Shown piece by piece: positions 26,726 to 34,536 of a stretch of 64,000 bases of DNA. The stretch's first letter is position 1. The number at the start of each line of letters is the position of its first letter. This DNA comes from Clostridia bacterium (GTDB taxonomy: Bacteria; Bacillota; Clostridia; Christensenellales; UBA1242): contig JAFUSR010000004.1 of NCBI GenBank assembly GCA_017467585.1, forward strand, positions 77,918-141,917, written 5' to 3'. The translations under genes and the position numbers were made by a program. Below the pieces are notes generated by a model. It did no database searches, was not told the origin of the DNA, and saw only the letters and a program-made list of their open reading frames with translations.

Positions 26726-27010
26726 ATGAAAAATTATTATGTGTATATCCTTACGAATAAAAATAATAGTGTTCTATATGTGGGCATAACAAACAACATA
26801 GAACGCAGAACAATGGCACATGTGTTTTTTGAAGAGAATTCTTTCTGCGCGAAATATAATATAAATAAACTTGTTTATGTTGAACAATATTTGTCTTCGT
26901 ATGATGCTATATCTCGTGAAAAACAACTTAAACATTGGGGAAGAAAAGCCAAAGAAAAGTTAATAAATTCAATTAATCCAGAGTGGAGAGATTTGTTGAA
27001 AAATGACTAA
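26726..27010 (+). CDS. GIY-YIG nuclease family protein (small stand-alone URI-domain type, COG2827-like), 94 aa
   Basis: The protein reads MKNYYVYILTNKNNSVLYVGITNNIERRTMAH...REKQLKHW. The GIY (YVY), YIG (YVG), Arg and Glu motif positions are all present. There is no Shine-Dalgarno sequence, and an extended -10 (TGcTAAACT, 26711-26719) lies 6 nt upstream of the ATG. Confidence 0.85.
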   Translation: MKNYYVYILTNKNNSVLYVGITNNIERRTMAHVFFEENSFCAKYNINKLVYVEQYLSSYDAISREKQLKHWGRKAKEKLINSINPEWRDLLKND

Positions 27011-27031
27011 TGTGTTAGAGGTTTCAGCCCC

Positions 27032-27079
27032 GTCATTCTAAGCGAAGCGACCGAACGGGAGCGTAGTCGAGAGGATCTC
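27032..27079 (+). repeat. GC-rich GTCAT...ATCTC unit, copy B
   Basis: GTCATTCTAAGCGAAGCGACCGAACGGGAGCGTAGTCGAGAGGATCTC. The closing stem is ATTCT/AGGAT, with one G-T wobble. Confidence 0.7.
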
Positions 27080-27094
27080 GTGTGTAAAGCGGCT

Positions 27095-27141
27095 GAGATT
27101 GCCACGACTACACACGCACAGCGTGTTCCGCTCGCAATGAC
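27095..27141 (-). repeat. GC-rich GTCAT...ATCTC unit, copy C (inverted orientation)
   Basis: The reverse complement reads GTCATTGCGAGCGGAACACGCTGTGCGTGTGTAGTCGTGGCAATCTC. The closing stem is ATTGC/GCAAT and there is an inner hairpin ACACGC-tgt-GCGTGT. Confidence 0.7.
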
Positions 27142-27162
27142 AATTTTTATCCTCTGCCCGCC

Positions 27163-27209
27163 GTCATTGTAAACGTCAGGAACAAAGCGACCAAAGTCGA
27201 AACAATCTC
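27163..27209 (+). repeat. GC-rich GTCAT...ATCTC unit, copy D
   Basis: GTCATTGTAAACGTCAGGAACAAAGCGACCAAAGTCGAAACAATCTC. The closing stem is ATTGT/ACAAT. The unit is itself enclosed by a 12-nt inverted repeat with one mismatch: atcctctgcccg (27149-27160) and cggacagaggat (27209-27220). Confidence 0.7.
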
Positions 27210-27220
27210 GGACAGAGGAT

Positions 27221-27240
27221 CACGCAGTCGAGAGGGTTTC
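27221..27240 (+). repeat. Partial (3-prime half) GC-rich unit, copy E
   Basis: cacgcAGTCGAGAGGgtttc matches the 3-prime half of copy B (gcgtAGTCGAGAGGatctc). Confidence 0.45.
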
Positions 27241-27250
27241 ATTCACCAAC

Positions 27251-27290
27251 CTTTAACAAAAAGGCATAACCAAATCAGTTATGCCTTTTT
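27251..27290 (+). repeat. Direct repeat DR2 (terminator-hairpin copy) on the right flank of the GIY-YIG cassette
   Basis: The sequence is ctttaacaaaaaGGCATAACcaaatcaGTTATGCCttttt. It has a perfect 8-bp stem plus a T run and probably also works as a terminator ahead of leuS. Confidence 0.75.
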
Positions 27291-27302
27291 CTTCTCAAAC
27301 AA

Positions 27303-27331
27303 TAGACAACTTTCGGCTTTTGTGTTAAACT
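27303..27331 (+). promoter_or_regulatory. Candidate sigma-A promoter for leuS
   Basis: TAGACA, 17 nt, TAAACT. An RBS (AAGAGG) lies at about 27342-27347 and the ATG is at 27356. Confidence 0.35.
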
Positions 27332-27355
27332 CTTTTTGTAAAAGAGGAAACAAAA

Positions 27356-29761
27356 ATGAAACAATACAATCCCGCCGAAATTGAGCCAAAATGGCAACAG
27401 AAATGGGAAGAAGAGCACAGGTTCGAAGTAAAAAACCACGAGCCAGGAAAAGAAAACAGATATGTTTTAATTGAATTTCCATATCCAAGTGGAAAAGGTC
27501 TTCACACTGGTCACGTTCGCAGTTATGCCGCAATGGATGCCGTTGCACGCAAACTGCGCATGCAGGGCTATAACGTGCTATTCCCTATGGGCTGTGATGC
27601 CTTTGGTCTTGAGGCAGAGAGAACAGCCATTCGCGAACACAAACTCCCACAAGAAATTGTTGCAAGAAACATTGCCATGTTCAAAAAACAACTAAAATCT
27701 GTTGGTCTTTCTGTCGATTGGAGCAGAGAGGTTAACACCAGCGACCCAAACTATTACAAATGGACACAATGGCTGTTTTTGCAGTTCTATAAGCATGGCC
27801 TTGCCGAAAAGCGTGCCATGATGGTTAACTATTGCCCAAACTGTGGCGTTCTTGCCAACGAAGAGGTTGAAGACGGAAAGTGTCTGCAATGTGGCGCTCA
27901 AACAGAACAAAGGGCAAAAAACCAGTGGATTTTAAAAATTACCAAATATGCCGAGCGCCTTGCTGACGACCTTGTTGAAACAAAATATATGCAACACATC
28001 AAAACCAGCCAAATTAATTGGATTGGCAAGAGTGAAGGCGTTGAGGTTGATTTCAAAACAACCGCAGGCGTCAATTTTTCAATTTTCACCACCTGCATCG
28101 AAACAATTTTTGGAATCACCTTTATGGTTGTTGCTCCAGAGAGCAAAATTGTTGATGACTTAAAACCATACATAACCAACTGGAACGAGGTTGAAGCTTA
28201 CCGCAAAGAAACCGCAAAAAAGAGCGAATTTGTGCGTAGCGAACTCAACAAAGACAAGTCTGGCGTTGAACTTAAGGGCGTGCTTGCCATCAACCCAGCA
28301 AATGGAAAAAAAGTTCCAATTTATGCTGGCGACTTTGTTATTGCAAGCTACGGAACTGGCGCAGTTATGGCTGTTCCAACTCACGACCAACGCGACTTTG
28401 AGTTTGCCGATAAATATGGCATTAACAAAATTCAAGTAATCAGTGGCGCAGACGTTTCTGAAAAAGCCTTCGAAAAGGGCGAATATCTCGGAAAAGGTTG
28501 CAAACTGATAAACTCTGAGGAATTTTCTGGTTTGACCGTTGAAGAGGCAAAAATTGCCATCACAGACAAACTTTCAAAGGCTGGTGTTACTCGCAAACGC
28601 CTAAACTTTAAGCTTGCCGATTGGGTGTTCTCGCGCCAACGTTATTGGGGCGAGCCAATTCCTATGATTTATTGTGAAAAATGCGGTTGGCAACCTGTTG
28701 ACGAAAAAGATTTGCCAATTGTTCTTCCAAAAACAGATAACTACGAGGCCAACAAAGAAGGCGAAAGCCCACTTGCGGAAATAAAAGACTGGGTAAACAC
28801 AACTTGTCCAAAATGTGGTGGAAAAGCCAAGCGCGAAACCGACACAATGCCTGGTTGGGCAGGAAGTTCGTGGTATTATTTGCGTTATTGCGACGCCCAC
28901 AACGACAAAGAGTTTGCAAACTTTGACGCTCTTAAGGCATGGCTTCCGGTTGGACTATATAACGGTGGAAACGAGCACACAGTTCGCCACCTTCTGTTTG
29001 CAAGATTTTGGAACAAATTTTTGTATGATATCGGTCTCAGCCCAGTGAACGAGCCATTTGAGAGCCGCGTTTCTCAAGGAATTATTCTTGGTTCAAACGG
29101 CGTTAAAATGAGCAAAAGCCTAGGCAATGTTGTTGACCCACTAGATGTTATTAAAGAATATGGTGCGGACGCACTAAGACTTTGGGAAGCATTTATTGGC
29201 GACTATTTTGAAACTGTTAGCTGGTCAGACGACGGCGTTAAATCTTGCTATAGACTTCTTAACAGAATTTGGAACATGCAACAGATGTTAACAGAAGAAA
29301 ACGTGAAAGAACTTAACTATGCCATCAACCATGCAATTGCAAAAGTTACTGACGACATCGACAACATAAAATTTAACACTGCAATTGCAGAAATAATGAC
29401 ATGCACCAACGAAATTTATAAAGTTGGAAAAATTTCAAAAGAGCAATATAAAACACTTATAACATTAATTAGCCCTTTTGCACCTCATATTGCAGAAGAA
29501 TTGTTCGTTCTTTGCGGTTTTGGCGAATTTAAAAATGCAACCTGGCCAAAGGCAGATCAAAATGCGCTTGTTTTAAACACCATTGAATTGCCAGTTCAGG
29601 TTAACGGCAAAATGAGAGGAGTGATAACTGTTTCAGCAACAGCTTCTCAAGACGAAGTTGTTGAACTTGCAAAAGCAAATTCAGAACTTTCAAGATATAT
29701 TCAAGGAACAATTCGCAAGGTTATTTATGTTCCTAAAAAGATTTTGAACATTATTGTTTAA
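27356..29761 (+). CDS. leuS: Leucine--tRNA ligase
   Basis: 801 aa. The N-terminus is YNPAEIEPKWQQKWEE...FPYPSGKGLHTGHVRSY (HIGH-type motif), followed by ...VKMSKSLGNVVDP (KMSKS), giving typical bacterial LeuRS layout. Confidence 0.97.
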   Translation: MKQYNPAEIEPKWQQKWEEEHRFEVKNHEPGKENRYVLIEFPYPSGKGLHTGHVRSYAAMDAVARKLRMQGYNVLFPMGCDAFGLEAERTAIREHKLPQEIVARNIAMFKKQLKSVGLSVDWSREVNTSDPNYYKWTQWLFLQFYKHGLAEKRAMMVNYCPNCGVLANEEVEDGKCLQCGAQTEQRAKNQWILKITKYAERLADDLVETKYMQHIKTSQINWIGKSEGVEVDFKTTAGVNFSIFTTCIETIFGITFMVVAPESKIVDDLKPYITNWNEVEAYRKETAKKSEFVRSELNKDKSGVELKGVLAINPANGKKVPIYAGDFVIASYGTGAVMAVPTHDQRDFEFADKYGINKIQVISGADVSEKAFEKGEYLGKGCKLINSEEFSGLTVEEAKIAITDKLSKAGVTRKRLNFKLADWVFSRQRYWGEPIPMIYCEKCGWQPVDEKDLPIVLPKTDNYEANKEGESPLAEIKDWVNTTCPKCGGKAKRETDTMPGWAGSSWYYLRYCDAHNDKEFANFDALKAWLPVGLYNGGNEHTVRHLLFARFWNKFLYDIGLSPVNEPFESRVSQGIILGSNGVKMSKSLGNVVDPLDVIKEYGADALRLWEAFIGDYFETVSWSDDGVKSCYRLLNRIWNMQQMLTEENVKELNYAINHAIAKVTDDIDNIKFNTAIAEIMTCTNEIYKVGKISKEQYKTLITLISPFAPHIAEELFVLCGFGEFKNATWPKADQNALVLNTIELPVQVNGKMRGVITVSATASQDEVVELAKANSELSRYIQGTIRKVIYVPKKILNIIV

Positions 29762-29784
29762 AAAATTAATTAAAAATGTAAAAA

Positions 29785-29820
29785 ATGGTGTAAATATTCG
29801 TTATTTACACCATTTATATA
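29785..29820 (+). terminator. Rho-independent terminator after leuS
   Basis: A perfect 12-bp stem, ATGGTGTAAATA-ttcgt-TATTTACACCAT, is followed by a T/A-rich tract. Confidence 0.7.
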
Positions 29821-29859
29821 TTAAAAAAACGCAAAAAATAAACAAAGGGTGATAAAAAA

Positions 29860-30357
29860 ATGATTAACATAGTTTTAATAGAACCAGAGATTCCGCAAAA
29901 TGCAGGAAACATAATCAGAACCTGTGCAGTTACTGGTGCAAAACTCTATATGGTTCGTCCGCTCGGATTTTCGCTCGACGACAAACATTACAAACGCGCT
30001 GGCCTTGATTATTTTGACAAATCTAACATAACAATTGTAAACACTTTTGATGAGATTAAAGAAATTTTCAAAGATATTCCAATTTATTATGCTTCCACAA
30101 AAGGCCAAAGGCGATATAGTGATGTTGACTACACTGATGGAGATTGTGCAATTTGTTTCGGCAGAGAAAGTTATGGAATTCGCGAAGACATTTTAAAAGA
30201 AAATTATCAAAATTGCATAAGAATTCCAATGAAAGAGAACCTCCGAAGTTTGAATTTGTCTAACAGTGTGGCGATCGTTCTCTATGAAGCCCTTAGACAA
30301 AACGATTTTGCTGGCTTAGAAACAAAAGGGCGCTTGACTGGCAGAAAAGAAGGGTAA
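29860..30357 (+). CDS. trmL: tRNA (cytidine/uridine-34 2-prime-O)-methyltransferase, SpoU/TrmL family
   Basis: 165 aa. MINIVLIEPEIPQNAGNIIRTCAVTGAKLYMVRPLGFSLDDKHYKRAGLDY...RSLNLSNSVAIVLYEALRQ aligns along its full length with E. coli TrmL (YibK) as I remember it. Confidence 0.9.
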   Translation: MINIVLIEPEIPQNAGNIIRTCAVTGAKLYMVRPLGFSLDDKHYKRAGLDYFDKSNITIVNTFDEIKEIFKDIPIYYASTKGQRRYSDVDYTDGDCAICFGRESYGIREDILKENYQNCIRIPMKENLRSLNLSNSVAIVLYEALRQNDFAGLETKGRLTGRKEG

Positions 30358-30411
30358 CTAAAGCATGCTTCAAAAACATGTTAAAAATATTAAAAAATAG
30401 TGGCAAATGAT

Positions 30412-30440
30412 TTGTAAAATTGTCATATTGAGAGTATAAT
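30412..30440 (+). promoter_or_regulatory. Candidate sigma-A promoter
   Basis: TTGTAA, 17 nt, TATAAT, upstream of the 73-aa ORF. A GGAGG RBS lies at about 30459. Confidence 0.45.
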
Positions 30441-30473
30441 GTTAGTATAAATATTTATGGAGGTAAATGTTTC

Positions 30474-30695
30474 ATGGCAGCTAAATCAGATTATTTTGGT
30501 CTTGGTTATGTTGTAAGCCTTATTCTTGCAATCATCCCTGTTACATCTTGGATTTGCGGCGTAGTAACACGTTTCCAAGAAGGAAAACTTGTTGCTGGTC
30601 TTATTAGACTTTTCTTCGGCTTTACAATCGTTTGGGTTTGCGACCTTGTTCTCATGATCGTTAGCAAACACATTCTTAGACTACTTAATGTATAG
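30474..30695 (+). CDS. Small hydrophobic protein (73 aa, two predicted TM helices), function unknown
   Basis: The gene has its own promoter, RBS and terminator. The sequence ...LGYVVSLILAIIPVTSWICGVV...LIRLFFGFTIVWVCDLVLMIV is strongly hydrophobic. Confidence 0.6.
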   Translation: MAAKSDYFGLGYVVSLILAIIPVTSWICGVVTRFQEGKLVAGLIRLFFGFTIVWVCDLVLMIVSKHILRLLNV

Positions 30696-30704
30696 TTAAA
30701 GAAA

Positions 30705-30732
30705 GAAAACACTCAAAAATTGAGTGTTTTTC
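30705..30732. terminator. Bidirectional terminator between convergent genes
   Basis: The sequence is gAAAACACTCAaaaatTGAGTGTTTTtc, with A and T runs on both sides. Confidence 0.75.
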
Positions 30733-30741
30733 TTTTGCAAA

Positions 30742-31932
30742 TTATCTGAATTTATCAAATTCAACAGAGATGTCAATTGAAACATTTTCAAGCAACTTGC
30801 TTTTGCCGTCGAGTTTTTGAATATAGTTATTCCACTCGTCTAAATTAAACATGGAGGCCAGATTTTCTACTCCAAAAATATCATAGTTTATTGATTTTGT
30901 GTAGTTAAATAATTCATAAATTCCGTTTGTGATTTTTTCTTGTGCGGCGTTGATTATTGCCTGCTGCAAATCTTTTTGAATTACTGAGCGATAAAGATTT
31001 TTATTCATTCCCTTGGTTGAAATTTCATCTATGCTTGCTTCGACTATCTTAATGTCCACGTGAAGTGTTGGGTTGTCGCCAAAGGTGACATATTTTTTTG
31101 TTTTAATATTATCAATTCTGAGGTTTATGTTTGCATTAATGGCGTCGCCAAAAGAGAAGTTTTTTAGTTGAATATTGCCTGATCTGCTTTTTTTGTTACA
31201 TAAATAAAACGCATTTATCATCTCTTTGTCTTCAATTTTGCTTGTAAAAACGCCATTTTTAAACAATTTTATTGGTGTGTTTAATTTTAGTTTTGCTTTT
31301 GATTGTTTTTCTTTGCTCTCGTTTTCTTCAGTATCTTCAAACTCAAGAGTGTCTATTTGACTAGTTGCGGATGGTTTAAAACTGTCAATTACAAATTCAA
31401 CATATGATTTATTGAGTGAGTGCATATTTTCTTCTTCTGAAATAAAAATTTTTTGCAAGCTAAGGGCAACGCCCATGTCTAACTTTCCGATTTTTTCGAT
31501 TGTTTCTTTTGCGGATTTTTCGCAAGTCAAAAGCATAATACTGTTTTTCAGTTTAAAGTTTCGAAAAAAGAAATCAAGTTCACCAACAATATTTTTGTTT
31601 TCTATTTGATTTCCAAGGAGAATAAATTCGGTGTGAGAAAGCTCGGCGTTTTTTCCAAACTTGTTGGAAATTTCGCTCATTGCCTGACTTATGGTTTCTG
31701 CGCTTGCTGAAACATGGTCAACCTGGGCATTTATTCCGCTTTCTTTTGAATTACTAGATGGAAGAACGGCTTGAGCAGTAATTTGGTAATTAGTGCCATC
31801 GAAATCGATGCCAATTCCAGAAATAATCATTCTCGTGTTTAATTCTGCTTGCGTCGATAAACTTTGAGGAAATAGTATTGCTAGGGAAATTATCAAAAAA
31901 ATCCATATATTTTTCCTTAAAAATTGCTTCAT
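30742..31932 (-). CDS. Spore germination protein, Ger(x)C family
   Basis: 396 aa and last gene of a gerA-type operon. It has a 4-nt ATGA overlap with the upstream gene and the motif ...RMIISGIGIDFDG... typical of GerAC/GerKC. No lipobox Cys is present in the N-terminal hydrophobic segment. Confidence 0.8.
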   Translation of the reverse strand: MKQFLRKNIWIFLIISLAILFPQSLSTQAELNTRMIISGIGIDFDGTNYQITAQAVLPSSNSKESGINAQVDHVSASAETISQAMSEISNKFGKNAELSHTEFILLGNQIENKNIVGELDFFFRNFKLKNSIMLLTCEKSAKETIEKIGKLDMGVALSLQKIFISEEENMHSLNKSYVEFVIDSFKPSATSQIDTLEFEDTEENESKEKQSKAKLKLNTPIKLFKNGVFTSKIEDKEMINAFYLCNKKSRSGNIQLKNFSFGDAINANINLRIDNIKTKKYVTFGDNPTLHVDIKIVEASIDEISTKGMNKNLYRSVIQKDLQQAIINAAQEKITNGIYELFNYTKSINYDIFGVENLASMFNLDEWNNYIQKLDGKSKLLENVSIDISVEFDKFR

Positions 31933-33038
31933 TTGCGCTCCTTTGTGTGTTTTTTATTCTTTAACGTGGCCAAAACGGCGCAAAAAACGCAAAATACGGG
32001 CAAAATAAGCTGTATACATAGTGAAATTACGCCAGAAATGTGCATATACCCCATGTAACTTACGCCACTGTGACTAAACAGCAAAAAATCTAAAAGATAG
32101 AGAATGACAACACTTATGATCGAGCATATGGCATAATGTTTTTTACCAAAAATGTTGTTGAGAGAATCGCTCACACAATATAGGTATGTTGAAAGCGATA
32201 ATACACTTGCTATTTGTGACAATAAAACTAAAAACCAATCTGGCCTGCCAACAGACAGGTTTAAAAGAGAAAAGGCGGATATGCTGCTAATTAAACTGGT
32301 TTGGCTGCTGGCCAGAACCGTATAAAGACAATAAAACACAATATATCCAAAAGCATAAAAAATCATCAGCCAAGCATAAATTAAAACATCAATTTGTTTT
32401 AATGCTCGTTTTGATGTGTCAATTCTGCCGAGAAGACACAAAAATATCATATAATCGCCAAACCAAATGCTGTGATTTACATAAGTTTTGCTGATTTCTG
32501 CAAAATTTGTGTTGAAAACCGGCAAAATGTTGCCAAAATCTGCAGAAAATGCACCCAAAACAACTAAAATTCCTACTGAAGCAACAATAATCACTAGGTA
32601 TAGTTCAGAACTTCTTCCTATTGTTTTCAATCCCGAAAAAGCTAAATATCCAACTGCAAAAATTAAAAATATTGAAAAAGTTTGCCAAGGAAGTGTGTCA
32701 AAAAGGTTGTTTGCAAACACATTTCTGACAGCTTCATATGGCATAAGTGCCGTAAACAAAAAATATAAAATAAGTACAAAACAAACTAATTTTGCTACAA
32801 CTTTTCCGAGTGTTTGCGATATCAAATCATAAATTGTTAAGTTTGGGCATAGATGATTTATTAAAATTGTCAGCGAAAAAAATATAATGTCAATTGCTGC
32901 TCCAAACAGCAAAACAAGCCATAGATTGTTTCCAACGTCCTCGGAAAACATGCATGGAAGTGTTTGAAGTTTGCTGCTGATTGTGCAAATTATAAACAAA
33001 AACAGAGCTTGACGTCTGGTTATGCTGAATCTATTCAT
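31929..33038 (-). CDS. Spore germination protein, GerAB/GerKB family (APC-superfamily permease-like)
   Basis: A polytopic membrane protein. I prefer the ATG at 33038 (MNRFSITRRQ...), which has GGAGG 8 nt upstream, over the TTG at 33053 given by the ORF track. Confidence 0.8.
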   Translation of the reverse strand: MNRFSITRRQALFLFIICTISSKLQTLPCMFSEDVGNNLWLVLLFGAAIDIIFFSLTILINHLCPNLTIYDLISQTLGKVVAKLVCFVLILYFLFTALMPYEAVRNVFANNLFDTLPWQTFSIFLIFAVGYLAFSGLKTIGRSSELYLVIIVASVGILVVLGAFSADFGNILPVFNTNFAEISKTYVNHSIWFGDYMIFLCLLGRIDTSKRALKQIDVLIYAWLMIFYAFGYIVFYCLYTVLASSQTSLISSISAFSLLNLSVGRPDWFLVLLSQIASVLSLSTYLYCVSDSLNNIFGKKHYAICSIISVVILYLLDFLLFSHSGVSYMGYMHISGVISLCIQLILPVFCVFCAVLATLKNKKHTKERK

Positions 33039-34458
33039 GTTTTTTGCCTCCAATGCGAGTTATGTTCTTTTTTTGAAAAACAGTTGGTCTTGTCTTTAAA
33101 TCAAGCAGTGGCTTTTTAATAATGGCATCGTGCTTATCTATTTTATTTGTTGGTGCATATGGCGACAGAAGTGGAACACCATATCCATCGGCAGAAACCA
33201 AATATGTGCTTGCCATAATAAAACTCATGAGCATGCCATAAAACCCTGCAACTCCACCAACAATAGTAAACAGAATTCTGAGCAGACTAACCTGTGGAAC
33301 GTCGTCTGGAATAATAAAGAGCATTATGCTGCTTATTGCCACAACAACAATGCTAGGTGGGCTAATTATGCCTGCTTGAACAGTGGTTTCTCCAAGAACG
33401 AGCGCGCCAATAATTGAAAGAGCCATCCCCAAAAGTTTTGGCATTCTTGCGCTTGCCTCAGCCAAAATATCAAACAAAAAAAGTACAAACAGAATTTCCA
33501 AAATTGGGGGCAAGCTAATTCCTTCAATATTGCTTAAAAGGGTCACCAAAAACACCATTGGCAAAACGCGATATTGATAGCTCTGAAGCGCCACATAAAT
33601 TCCCGGCAACAAAACACCAAGAATCAGCCCGATAAGCCTTACTATTCTTAAGAATGTCGTTCTTGCTGAAATTTGATAATAATCTTCAGGGCTTTGCAGG
33701 TCTTCAATAAGCAAAAAGGGCAGGGTTAACACAATTGGTGAGCCGTCAACGAAAATTGCAATACGCCCCTCTAGCAGTCTGCTTGAAATAACGTCTGGTT
33801 TTTCACTGTTGCCAATTCTGCGCAAAAACTTAAGTTTTCCTTCTTCTAGAATGGTCTCAATATAGTAACTATCAATAATTCCGTCTATATCTATTTTTGA
33901 AATTTTATCCTGCAAAACTTTAACAAGTTTTTTGTCGGCAATGTTGTCGAGATAAACAACACAAACGTTTGTTTTTGTGTGTCTGCCAACAACAAGTTTT
34001 TTGACGGCCAAATTTGGCGATTTAAGTCGTCTTCGAACCATGCTTAAATTAGTGTTCAAATCTTCAACAAAGCCCTCTCTAGGGCCTTTTGTGACTTGGC
34101 TTGTTGGAGGTTCTGTTATGGAGCGCACATTAAAGTCTGCAAGATTGATGCTTATGGCTTTTTTGGAGTTGTTTACAAACACAAGCGCGCTGCCAGACAG
34201 CAGCGAAGAAATAAAGTCTTTTTTGTTTTCAATGTCGCTTATTTCTGGACAAAAAATCGCTTGTTTAATATTTTTAAAAGATGCACTTTTTAAATCTGAA
34301 ATTGGTTTTAACACTGTTTGAGCAAGCAAGCTTTTATCTATCATGGAGCTCACAAAAAACACGCACACAGTTTTAGCCCCGCATGTGATTTCTCTGCAGA
34401 CAACATCATCATTATTTTTAAACCAGCTCGTTGCTAAATATTTTGAAAACACCATCAA
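33031..34458 (-). CDS. Spore germination protein, GerA/GerKA family
   Basis: 475 aa. The soluble N-domain (...ITEPPTSQVTKGPREGFVEDLNTNLSMVRRRL...) is followed by a C-terminal membrane domain, which is the classic GerAA architecture. Confidence 0.88.
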   Translation of the reverse strand: MMVFSKYLATSWFKNNDDVVCREITCGAKTVCVFFVSSMIDKSLLAQTVLKPISDLKSASFKNIKQAIFCPEISDIENKKDFISSLLSGSALVFVNNSKKAISINLADFNVRSITEPPTSQVTKGPREGFVEDLNTNLSMVRRRLKSPNLAVKKLVVGRHTKTNVCVVYLDNIADKKLVKVLQDKISKIDIDGIIDSYYIETILEEGKLKFLRRIGNSEKPDVISSRLLEGRIAIFVDGSPIVLTLPFLLIEDLQSPEDYYQISARTTFLRIVRLIGLILGVLLPGIYVALQSYQYRVLPMVFLVTLLSNIEGISLPPILEILFVLFLFDILAEASARMPKLLGMALSIIGALVLGETTVQAGIISPPSIVVVAISSIMLFIIPDDVPQVSLLRILFTIVGGVAGFYGMLMSFIMASTYLVSADGYGVPLLSPYAPTNKIDKHDAIIKKPLLDLKTRPTVFQKKNITRIGGKKHE

Positions 34459-34501
34459 CTTTAGTGTTTTGTTTGTTGCGTGTTTTTATGTAAAATGGCA
34501 T

Positions 34502-34535
34502 AAAAAAAACACCCACAAGTTGTGAGTGTTTTTTG
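34502..34535 (-). terminator. Rho-independent terminator of the P-type ATPase gene
   Basis: The minus-strand RNA reads aaaaaACACTCACaactGTGGGTGTtttttttt. The only non-Watson-Crick pair is a G-U wobble on the minus strand and a C-A mismatch on the plus strand, so the hairpin is oriented for the minus-strand transcript. Confidence 0.75.
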
Positions 34536-34536
34536 T

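Noticed and set aside
26636-27240. Whether the clustered GC-rich repeats could be a small CRISPR array.
   Set aside because: The units are imperfect at 45-48 nt with irregular spacing (one lies about 350 nt from the rest, across a gene). One is inverted, there are no uniform spacers, and no cas genes are present.
27279-27548. An 89-aa minus-strand ORF overlapping the leuS start.
   Set aside because: It is antisense to leuS coding sequence, with no RBS and no recognisable product.
34459-34536. A sigma-G or sigma-F-type forespore promoter upstream of the germination operon.
   Set aside because: Only a weak CATAAAA-like -10 could be seen, with no convincing -35 at the right spacing. That is not enough to call.
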